Below are positions 8,952 to 16,832 of a stretch of 25,974 nt of DNA, piece after piece (position 1 is the first letter of the stretch; every line of letters starts with the position of its first letter). The stretch is from Promethearchaeota archaeon (lineage in GTDB: Archaea; Asgardarchaeota; Lokiarchaeia; Sigyniarchaeales; Promethearchaeaceae). The stretch lies in NCBI GenBank assembly GCA_004524545.1, contig SDNX01000030.1, positions 1 through 25,974 on the forward strand, given 5' to 3'. A program made the position numbers and the translations under genes. The notes under the pieces were generated by a model. The model was not told the origin of the DNA. It searched no databases and was given only the letters and a program-made list of their open reading frames with translations.

Positions 8952-10346
8952 ATGTCGAATCAAGACGAGAATCGTAAAAACTTACAAGATGTAAAAAAAA
9001 ATCTTGATGATGTAAAACAAGATCGAGATACTGTTGATGCGGGAATTCGAGATATTGAAAATGATTTTGAATCAACCGAGAAACCCTCTCCCGATGAAAC
9101 AGAATTATCACAAGAAATGATTGAGTCTCGAGCTAGTTTTCGAAAGAACCTCAACAAGTTAAAATCTGAAATCACTGAAAAGGAAAAGCGTCTAGAGGAA
9201 TTAGATAAGAAAATTGTTGGCATTGAAAACCTCCTTCAGCAGAAAGAATTGAATCTTAAATCTGTGGAGGAGGAAGTAAATCATTTAACAGAGAAAAAAA
9301 GGAGTACGGATGAATCATTAGAGGCTCTGAAGACTAATTATGATGCGCTAGAAAAGCGATTGGTATCAACTAATGATGAATTGCAAAATAAAACTAATAC
9401 CTTAGAAAAAATCACCCTTGAATATAGTGATCTGCAAAAAAATCATGAAGATTTAATTAAACTCGTATCTGAAAAGAAAAACGAAGAGCTAAAAATAACT
9501 GAAGAGCTTGAAACTATTCTAAAAAAAAAAGAGGATACGAAATCCGAGTATACACTCTTTGAAACCAAAATTAAAGCATCTGCAGAGATTCTTGAATATC
9601 GGGAGAAGCAGCAAGCGGATCTAGAATTTAAAATAAGAGAGCAAGAAAAACGTCATAAAGAGTTATCTGAAACGGTTGCTGCCATTAGAAATGAAATGGA
9701 AGAACTCGATGATCAAAAAAAACTGATAGAGCAGAAAACGAAAGGTATGGATGAAATATTCGAAAACAAGGAGCAAAGAGTTCGAGAAATCGATGATAAA
9801 ATACGAGACCGTAAATCTGAACTCCAAAAACTACAAGAACGATTGGTAGGAACGGATAATCTTATAGAACAACATAAAAAACGCTTAAATGAGCTTGAAC
9901 AAGATCTCCAAGATAAAAATAATGATCTTTCTCAAATTGAGAAAAAACAAAATCTCCTTCTCCAAAAAATTGAGGAATCAGAAGAAGATTATGAGAAATC
10001 CGAAATTAGAAGGCAGGCTGCTGAAGAGAAATTACGAAAAACCGAAATCTCGTTATCAAGTTTGAAAAAGAACTTAACCACTGTAGAAAAAACTATACGG
10101 GATGCAGAGGCAAATATTGAACAAAAAATGACCCTGAATTTCATCCGTAGAATTGCAAAAGTGTTCGCGGGTGTAGTTATTATCTTAGGATTTGCGCTAT
10201 TTGTAATCGGTATAATTGCACTATCACTGGTATCACAAGATCCCCCAGTTGCATTTATGGGAATCGATAAAATGTTTATTTGGATATTTACGCTTATAAT
10301 TGGAGCAATTATGACTTTATCAGGTCTATTACACTTAGACACCTAA
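8952..10346 (+). CDS. Long coiled-coil protein with two C-terminal transmembrane helices
   Basis: About 390 aa of uninterrupted E/K/L/Q-rich heptad-like sequence. Two hydrophobic helices follow (VFAGVVIILGFALFVIGIIALSLV and MFIWIFTLIIGAIMTLSGLL, about 10149-10346). Confidence 0.75.
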   Translation: MSNQDENRKNLQDVKKNLDDVKQDRDTVDAGIRDIENDFESTEKPSPDETELSQEMIESRASFRKNLNKLKSEITEKEKRLEELDKKIVGIENLLQQKELNLKSVEEEVNHLTEKKRSTDESLEALKTNYDALEKRLVSTNDELQNKTNTLEKITLEYSDLQKNHEDLIKLVSEKKNEELKITEELETILKKKEDTKSEYTLFETKIKASAEILEYREKQQADLEFKIREQEKRHKELSETVAAIRNEMEELDDQKKLIEQKTKGMDEIFENKEQRVREIDDKIRDRKSELQKLQERLVGTDNLIEQHKKRLNELEQDLQDKNNDLSQIEKKQNLLLQKIEESEEDYEKSEIRRQAAEEKLRKTEISLSSLKKNLTTVEKTIRDAEANIEQKMTLNFIRRIAKVFAGVVIILGFALFVIGIIALSLVSQDPPVAFMGIDKMFIWIFTLIIGAIMTLSGLLHLDT

Positions 10347-10359
10347 TTTAACGCCTATT

Positions 10360-10364
10360 GGAGG
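10360..10364 (+). promoter_or_regulatory. Shine-Dalgarno-like GGAGG for the TPR gene
   Basis: ggagg lies 7 nt upstream of the ATG at 10372, in a 25-nt spacer after the coiled-coil gene. This is consistent with co-transcription. Confidence 0.45.
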
Positions 10365-10371
10365 TACCCGA

Positions 10372-12216
10372 ATGCGTCCCTTATCTCATCAAGAAAAAAA
10401 TCATGTATCAGAATTATTAGAAAATCTCGGATTTACAACAACTATAACTCCAACCGAACTATTTAGATACTCATTCGAGCAAGATCACGTAATTTCATTA
10501 CAAGTAAAATATCCTGTCGACATGGGAGTTCGCTTGAATATACCATTCGAGATTTGTTTATTCAAGAATGCTTTTTTTCTGCATCCTCGCTTAATCAATA
10601 ACAAGGTCCTTGAAGACATTAATTTTTTAGCTCAAAATCTGGTCCATATTTCAAAAAATTTGTCCTTAGAACAATCAATTCCTATCCACTTGAAACAACA
10701 AGATTTTATTCAATTACTCTCAACATTCATGCCAGAAAGTCATTCGAATGAGAGTGAACGCCAATGGTTAAGTAAGACTCGAATTTCCTTGATGAATAAA
10801 TATTCGACTTTTCAAAATGTTGAAACTCAATTTCATGCAAAATTAACCGAAGCACTGGATGTAGTGGGGTTATATCCTACCTGGAAAAGACCCGTTTCCT
10901 TAAGTGATGGAATCCCTCCAAATAAGAAAGAGTCCTGTATTTTTTATACTAATGTTGAAGAAAGTGAGTTTTTACTTGTGGAAAAAGGATATATAACCTA
11001 TATTCGCGATTTTTCTAAATATCATATACAATCACGCTGCTTCTTTGAATCTTACTCATTATTGTTGTTTTATCTCATTTTTCAAGACACGTTTTCTGTG
11101 CATGATTTACTGATTAGTTGGATCCGTTTTTCCCGAATGACGTTAAATCCTATGATATCCGTTCTAGATTCCGACATCATCAATTCTCAAGAATATTATG
11201 ACATCAATCTTGAAAAATTTCTCACGCAAGGGGATTTTGGGGACTCTGCAATTCCTATTCCTGCTATAACGAACGAAAAACTGCATAAATTCCAATTATA
11301 TGAGCCTGATAAACAGCTAAGTCAACTTTTGACTAGACCACCGAAAAGTTTTGAAGAATTGGAAACAGGACCTTTATTCGAAAAAGCATTGGAATCTATA
11401 AAAAAAGGCGCTCTACCAGATGCAATTACTATTTTCGGGAAAATTTTGGTAATTTTAAATCGTCATCAGCAAAGAAATGGTGTTGTGAGAGTATTATTCT
11501 ATCTCGCTGATATAGCTAAAGATTTAAACAAATTTCAAGACGCGATCAGTTACTTAAAAAATGCCTTAGAACAGTGCAAATCAGGTGAGATCTCAATGGA
11601 AAATATTATTCAAGTGCATGAAAAACTTGGAAATATTTACTTGAAAATGAAGCAATATAACGAATCTAAAAATCACTTTGAGATAATACTCGATTTTCTA
11701 GCAAATATGGATCCAACGAAGTATAAGGCCGCAATCCTGTATATAAAATTGAAAATCGTCCGAATTTTAGTTGATTTAGATCATTTCAAGGAAGCAAATA
11801 TGTTGTTTAAAGATATTGAACGAGATGGTGCGCGATTTCCGAATGTGATAACGAATTATTATCTTGAAAAAGCGAATTATTCAATAAAACGTGATGCAGT
11901 TTCAAGTGCAATTCAATATCTTAAAAAAGGAGCCCAAGTAAAAGGTGCAAGCAAAAAACGCCTGGGAATGTGTCATTTAGAGTTAGGCAAACTGTACTTA
12001 TATGATCGAGGTAGTGGGTATAAAGCTCGTGATTACCTCGAAGTCGCAGACAGGCTAATTGATGAAGATAAAATTGAAGATTTATTTCTAAAAATAAAAA
12101 TCTATGAATTACTGGCTGATTCTTATAGTAAAATAGGAGATAGAGAAAAAATGAAATTCGCATCGGGACGATTGCATCAGATACGCAATATTTTACAAAT
12201 CCGAGGCGTTTATTGA
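10372..12216 (+). CDS. Protein with an unknown ~330-aa N-terminal domain and C-terminal TPR-like repeats
   Basis: 614-aa ORF. The C-terminal ~280 aa (about 11374-12216) show repeated A..Y...A......G....A...Y helical-pair patterns, e.g. AISYLKNALEQ, LGNIYLKMKQYNESKNHFE, LGKLYLYDRGSGYKARDYLE and LLADSYSKIGDREKM. Confidence 0.7.
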   Translation: MRPLSHQEKNHVSELLENLGFTTTITPTELFRYSFEQDHVISLQVKYPVDMGVRLNIPFEICLFKNAFFLHPRLINNKVLEDINFLAQNLVHISKNLSLEQSIPIHLKQQDFIQLLSTFMPESHSNESERQWLSKTRISLMNKYSTFQNVETQFHAKLTEALDVVGLYPTWKRPVSLSDGIPPNKKESCIFYTNVEESEFLLVEKGYITYIRDFSKYHIQSRCFFESYSLLLFYLIFQDTFSVHDLLISWIRFSRMTLNPMISVLDSDIINSQEYYDINLEKFLTQGDFGDSAIPIPAITNEKLHKFQLYEPDKQLSQLLTRPPKSFEELETGPLFEKALESIKKGALPDAITIFGKILVILNRHQQRNGVVRVLFYLADIAKDLNKFQDAISYLKNALEQCKSGEISMENIIQVHEKLGNIYLKMKQYNESKNHFEIILDFLANMDPTKYKAAILYIKLKIVRILVDLDHFKEANMLFKDIERDGARFPNVITNYYLEKANYSIKRDAVSSAIQYLKKGAQVKGASKKRLGMCHLELGKLYLYDRGSGYKARDYLEVADRLIDEDKIEDLFLKIKIYELLADSYSKIGDREKMKFASGRLHQIRNILQIRGVY

Positions 12217-14862
12217 TTATCTTTTCTTCCGAATTGTAATCCCTCCAAAAGAGGGGGCTCCACTTACTTGTTCTCGGGCAATAGGCTTGTTTTTTACAGA
12301 TTTGCCTTCCATTTCTTCATCCAATTTCATGGATAATTGGATCCGGTGAGTATTCAAGTTTATTTTCACAATTCTTACATCAATAATATCTCCCACATTG
12401 AGAACTTCCATTGGGTTGGAAATATAACTGCTATCTCCATCTTTCTGGGTCATCTGAGAAATGTGGACTAGACCGTCATATTTTACTCCAATGTCTACAA
12501 AAGCTCCAAAATCTACCACATTCCGAACGGTTCCTTTCAGAATTTGTCCTTCTTCTAAATCTTCTAACTTAACAATATCCTTACGTAGAATAGGTGCTGG
12601 TAGATCATCCCGTGGATCTCGGTCCTGTCGAATCAAGCCCATTACAATATCTTTTAATGTGGGTAACCCAATATCCCTTTTTAGGAATTTCATGAGCTCC
12701 TTTGGACGCATATTTTTTATTTTTTCCGTCAGTTCTTTCTTTCGAGATGGATTCTTTAAGATGTCAAAATCTTCCCCATTGAATTCTAGGATCTTTTCGA
12801 CGATCCAGTAGGATTCAGGATGAATATTTGTACCATCGATTGGATTGGGTCCATCTAAAACCTTCAAGAATCCAGCACACTGTTCAAATACTTTATCTCC
12901 TAATCCCGTTACTTTTTTCAATTCCTCTCGATTCTTGAACGGTCCATTTGTTATGCGATACTCGTAGATTTGTCTAGCTAATCGACCGCTTAATCCTGAA
13001 ACATATTCCAGCAGCTTATAGGATGCATTATTTACTAATACTCCTACTTTGTTTACACAATCTTCAATTACAGCATCTAATTGCTTTTTTAAAGTGGCTT
13101 GATTTACATCATGTTGGTATAAGCCGACCCCAATGCTCTTGGGGTCGATTTTTATTAATTCACTTAAGGGATCTTGGAGTCGTCGCGCTATGGATATTGC
13201 CCCCCGAACGGTAGCATCTAATTTGGGGAATTCTTCATTTGCTAGTTTGGATGCTGAATAAACAGATGCTCCTGCTTCCGAAACAATTGCGTATTCTAAT
13301 CTAGTCTCGATCTTTGCTAACCCGCCGATAAATAATTCTGTTTCTCTGGAAGCAGTTCCATTTCCTATTGCAATGGTATATGCTTTATGTTTTTTCGATA
13401 AATCTGATATGATTTGTTTGGATTGTGCTATAGCACTTTTAGGAGGTGTAGGGTAAATGACGGTATCTTCCAAAAAATTCCCAAACTCATTCACAACAGC
13501 AACTTTACAGCCGGTTCGGTATCCTGGATCGATGCCTATGATTCTTTTCCCTTTAATGGGTGGTTGCATTAACAGAGATTCCAAATTTCTTGCAAAGACG
13601 GATATCGCGTGAGATTCTGCTTTTTGTGTTAAATTGCTACGTATTTCCCTTTCAATCGCTCGAATTATGTATCTTTTATACCCATATTCAACTGCTTTGA
13701 CATATTCCTCGTGAAATAGAGAATTCTCTTTAGTCACAGTCTGATTAGTCATATAGGTTATTAATTCTTCATCAGGATGCTCAAGTGAGATGGTAAGCAC
13801 TTTTTCGTCTTCACCGCGGTTCATTGCGAGAATTCGATGGGGGGGGATCTCTTTACTACTTTGTTCAAAATCAAAATACATTTCAAATACCATTGGATCA
13901 GCAGCTTTCTTTCCAAGTTCCCCTCCTTCTCCCTCATCTAATAATCCTGCACCTTGGAGTTCTTTCTTCTGTTTACGGAGCATATCTTCCTCTAATTTTT
14001 TCTTCCGTTCCTCTGCTACTTTCTTCTGATCTTCCATTTGTTTGCGAATTAATGCTTTAATGGAGGATGTTGACATGGAAGATAAATCTACTTCTTCTTT
14101 CTTAGGTGTCTTCTCTTCTTCTACGTCTTTCTCAGTTGCCTCTTCTTTGTCTTGTTTATCTTCTTCTTGCTGCTTCTGAATCATATCCTGTAGCACAGCT
14201 TCATCTGCATCCTCTTCTTTAGCTTGTTTTTCTTTCAGGAGATGTTCGTATTTCTTAACTACTTTAGAAACCATCTTAGATCTTTCAGAACACACCTCAC
14301 GGATGTATTTACGAAAATCCGCGTGATTTCCAATGTCTTCTGCAATAATATCTATTGCCCCTTTGAGAGCCTCTTTTGTGTCATTCACACCCTTCTTTTC
14401 ATCCACAAATTGCTTGAGGATCTCTTCACGGTCGCCTTCGATGCGTTCTTCTCGAATAATCTCTGCTAGTGGTCCCAATCCTTTCTCAAGAGCTTTAGTT
14501 GCAAGAGTCTTTCGTTTTGGCTTGTAAGGTAGATATAAATCTTCAATTTCTGTGAGGGGTTTTGCAGCATTTATTTTCTGTTTCAATTCAGGAGTTAATT
14601 TATCCTGTAGTTGAATTGACTTTAGTACTTGAATTCGACGTTCTTCTCGCTTATAGGCACTCTCATATGAATCTTTAATATCACGCAATTCATTTTCGCT
14701 CATAGCACCGGTTTGTTCTTTCCGATATCGTGCAATAAACGGTACAGTGCCTCCTTCTTTCATTAAATTCAGCGCATTGGTGATATAAGTCGGTCTGAGT
14801 TGTAACTTAGAGGCTATCTGTCGAACAATGTCACTCGTATCAATTTGCATACTATCGCTCAT
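12217..14862 (-). CDS. tex: Tex family (Spt6-like) RNA-binding transcription accessory protein with S1 domain
   Basis: The N-terminus (IASKLQLRPTYITNALNLMKEGGTVPFIARYRKEQTG...LYLPYKPKRKT) matches bacterial Tex almost motif for motif. A YqgF/RuvC-like block is present (GIDPGYRTGCKVAVV). HhH regions follow, then a C-terminal S1 domain (GQILKGTVRNVVDFGAFVDIG...GLVHISQM...VGDIIDVRIVKIN). Confidence 0.9.
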   Translation of the reverse strand: MSDSMQIDTSDIVRQIASKLQLRPTYITNALNLMKEGGTVPFIARYRKEQTGAMSENELRDIKDSYESAYKREERRIQVLKSIQLQDKLTPELKQKINAAKPLTEIEDLYLPYKPKRKTLATKALEKGLGPLAEIIREERIEGDREEILKQFVDEKKGVNDTKEALKGAIDIIAEDIGNHADFRKYIREVCSERSKMVSKVVKKYEHLLKEKQAKEEDADEAVLQDMIQKQQEEDKQDKEEATEKDVEEEKTPKKEEVDLSSMSTSSIKALIRKQMEDQKKVAEERKKKLEEDMLRKQKKELQGAGLLDEGEGGELGKKAADPMVFEMYFDFEQSSKEIPPHRILAMNRGEDEKVLTISLEHPDEELITYMTNQTVTKENSLFHEEYVKAVEYGYKRYIIRAIEREIRSNLTQKAESHAISVFARNLESLLMQPPIKGKRIIGIDPGYRTGCKVAVVNEFGNFLEDTVIYPTPPKSAIAQSKQIISDLSKKHKAYTIAIGNGTASRETELFIGGLAKIETRLEYAIVSEAGASVYSASKLANEEFPKLDATVRGAISIARRLQDPLSELIKIDPKSIGVGLYQHDVNQATLKKQLDAVIEDCVNKVGVLVNNASYKLLEYVSGLSGRLARQIYEYRITNGPFKNREELKKVTGLGDKVFEQCAGFLKVLDGPNPIDGTNIHPESYWIVEKILEFNGEDFDILKNPSRKKELTEKIKNMRPKELMKFLKRDIGLPTLKDIVMGLIRQDRDPRDDLPAPILRKDIVKLEDLEEGQILKGTVRNVVDFGAFVDIGVKYDGLVHISQMTQKDGDSSYISNPMEVLNVGDIIDVRIVKINLNTHRIQLSMKLDEEMEGKSVKNKPIAREQVSGAPSFGGITIRKKR

Positions 14863-14888
14863 AATCTAATAAAGAAAAATGGTGCAAA

Positions 14889-14896
14889 CTTAAATA
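14889..14896 (-). promoter_or_regulatory. TATA-like box upstream of tex
   Basis: The minus strand reads tatttaag, centred ~30 nt upstream of the ATG at 14862. This implies a very short leader or none. Confidence 0.35.
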
Positions 14897-14954
14897 GATT
14901 TTTCTAAATCTAACTAGGAAATATTGGTTGGTTAAAAATGAGAATTTTTTGTGT

Positions 14955-14974
14955 GATAAAAAAAGAAAATAAAA
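14955..14974 (-). terminator. Oligo-T tracts downstream of the eS30 gene
   Basis: Immediately after the TAG stop (14975-14977) the minus strand reads gttttattttcttttttt, with T4, T4 and T7 runs. This matches archaeal oligo-T termination signals. Confidence 0.35.
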
Positions 14975-15190
14975 CTAATGGCGAACTTGGACCTTCCTGT
15001 TGTGTTTTTGAGCTCCCATCGAATTTGCTTGACCGGAATACTTCAATTTCACTATCCGCTTTTTGTAGTTCTCCCGATTTCTAACTCGGGGGATTTTTTT
15101 GTTTTTGGAATTTACTCCGGTACGATCTACTGGAGGAGTTTGTCCTCGTACTTTTCCTGCTTTTGTTAAACTTCCGTGTGAGCCTGGCAT
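14975..15190 (-). CDS. rps30e: Small-subunit ribosomal protein eS30
   Basis: HGSLTKAGKVRGQTPPV aligns almost identically with eukaryotic eS30 (HGSLARAGKVRGQTPKV), followed by a basic tail. ATG start. Confidence 0.9.
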   Translation of the reverse strand: MPGSHGSLTKAGKVRGQTPPVDRTGVNSKNKKIPRVRNRENYKKRIVKLKYSGQANSMGAQKHNRKVQVRH

Positions 15191-15307
15191 TTTGTAATCA
15201 CTAAATTGTATTGAACAAATCTGTGTATGTATCCAGAATTAAAAAATTTGCTAATTTCAGAAAAAAAAAGAAAATAATTGATTGATTTGGATTTATTATG
15301 ATGAGTT

Positions 15308-16756
15308 CTACAATGAGACGACTACCCATTCATCATCGTAGTGTCCGAATAAAGCTTTGGCTGTAAGTGTCGTTAGATCCCAAGCAGTGATTGATGCTCC
15401 AACAGGACCACTCGGATCGTCATAGTATCCGTAATTTGGAGGATGTAAATAATCCATTAAAACAGCTCCTGTGTCCAAATTCAGAGTACCGTACATATCT
15501 AACGCTTTGTTTGTGAGCCATTCGTAGCGATCCTTAGAATCATCCACCGCATAGGAATCCGCAAGATCGTTCATGCGCACGTATATATAGTGGTTTGTCC
15601 ATGTTACCAGATCAGATTTCTTCTCTATTGTGTTAAAAGAAAAGATCGCCCACCATGGTCGAACATACCCCATATCCCGAACTCGATAGTAATGTGCAGA
15701 AGTTTCTAATGCACATCCACCAGTCGTTCCATATAACCCGTCGCCAATTCCATAAATCCACGAGCAACCATGTAGATTTGATGTAACAAGATCGATAGCT
15801 TCATAGTAACCGGCTGCATATTGAGCGATATATCGGCACATGAATAAGGTTCCCATTCCATAGTTTGCGGGATCGCAGTCTTGAGCCGGAACCATATCTT
15901 GCCCTATTCCTACACCCTGCGAGTTCATCGCAGCCGTCAATCCTACGAATCCGGGGGCAGATGTTGACAAAAACTTATATCCACTATCCGGATAATATTC
16001 GATCATCATCATCTCTTCATGGAGAACGTAAGAGGAGAATTGATAGTGACGACCCATGATAACATGCCCATTGGAAGTAGCGGATCCTTTAGCAACATAT
16101 CCTGCACATGAGAGGAACGAAAACAGATCTAACCAGAATAGTAGGGGTTCGACAACAGGATAAGCCAACGCCAATAAGGCATCCATTCCCATATTGAGGA
16201 GGAGAACATCATCATAAGTAATCGGGTGTCCGCCGAAGGAAGATCCGTCTGCTACTCCTTGACATTCCAGCAAAAATTCTGCAGGTGCATATTGGGAGTT
16301 ATGTGCAACTAGAACTCTACATAAAGCCAACAGCTTATCTAAGGCGGAATCGAGAGTATCTCCAGAAACAAATTTCACTGTTTGTAACGTCGCTTCATTC
16401 ACGACACTACCAACGACATCAACCAAACGGTTATAATCTAAAATGTCTCCGAGTACAATTAATAATATCTCATCGGAAGCACCTAGCATCCCTGTTACAA
16501 TGCTTTTGAACCAATCTTCAGAAGCAAGTCGGGAAGCGCTGTCTCCTCCGAGATAGCCTTGTTGGAAGCCCATTTCATAGGGACTACCCTCTAAATGCAT
16601 TTTATACTTGCCTGGGGCGATTTCTTCTAAATATCCATCACCGTGGGTTGCAATGATAGAAGCATGCACCGGACGAACAAAAAAACCAAGGGGCACTACT
16701 GCTATCACTATTATTGAAATAATTGAAATGATTGTTAACCTAGTGCTTTTTCGCAT
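15308..16756 (-). CDS. Membrane-anchored C45-family / Ntn-hydrolase-like protein (acyl-CoA:6-APA acyltransferase-like fold)
   Basis: N-terminal signal anchor (LTIISIISIIVIAVVPLGFFV). The GSPYEMGFQQGYL motif is typical of the C45 N-terminal region. A candidate nucleophile block is SCAGYVAKGSATSNGHVIMGRHYQF (compare the GC..f...g..t.dG....GRN.D pattern). The family assignment is from memory of motifs only. Confidence 0.55.
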   Translation of the reverse strand: MRKSTRLTIISIISIIVIAVVPLGFFVRPVHASIIATHGDGYLEEIAPGKYKMHLEGSPYEMGFQQGYLGGDSASRLASEDWFKSIVTGMLGASDEILLIVLGDILDYNRLVDVVGSVVNEATLQTVKFVSGDTLDSALDKLLALCRVLVAHNSQYAPAEFLLECQGVADGSSFGGHPITYDDVLLLNMGMDALLALAYPVVEPLLFWLDLFSFLSCAGYVAKGSATSNGHVIMGRHYQFSSYVLHEEMMMIEYYPDSGYKFLSTSAPGFVGLTAAMNSQGVGIGQDMVPAQDCDPANYGMGTLFMCRYIAQYAAGYYEAIDLVTSNLHGCSWIYGIGDGLYGTTGGCALETSAHYYRVRDMGYVRPWWAIFSFNTIEKKSDLVTWTNHYIYVRMNDLADSYAVDDSKDRYEWLTNKALDMYGTLNLDTGAVLMDYLHPPNYGYYDDPSGPVGASITAWDLTTLTAKALFGHYDDEWVVVSL

Positions 16757-16832
16757 AATTTCACCTTCACGATAGGTTGACCTTTAATCAAACAATCAAC
16801 AATATAAATCCATCGATGGTGAAATCAACTTA

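Noticed and set aside
6090-10342. Other antisense or overlapping track ORFs (6090-6293, 6467-6679, 7743-7958, 7816-8031, 8196-8411, 8323-8613, 8960-9223, 9989-10342).
   Set aside because: Each is embedded in, or overlaps, a longer ORF with better coding character. Their translations look compositional.
12461-14527. Plus-strand ORFs inside tex (12461-12811, 13023-13214, 13790-14029, 13824-14060, 14224-14469, 14333-14527).
   Set aside because: They are antisense shadows. Several are Ser/Phe-rich mirrors of the K/E-rich insert.
14978-15169. A 63-aa plus-strand ORF opposite the eS30 gene.
   Set aside because: It is a shadow ORF. The minus strand encodes a protein with near-identity to the eS30 core.
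15298-15304. atgatga, resembling a C box of an archaeal C/D sRNA, near the 3' end of the C45-like gene.
   Set aside because: There is no matching D box (ctga) at the expected ~50-60 nt distance and no terminal stem. The nearby catcatc is simply the DDEW coding sequence on the other strand.
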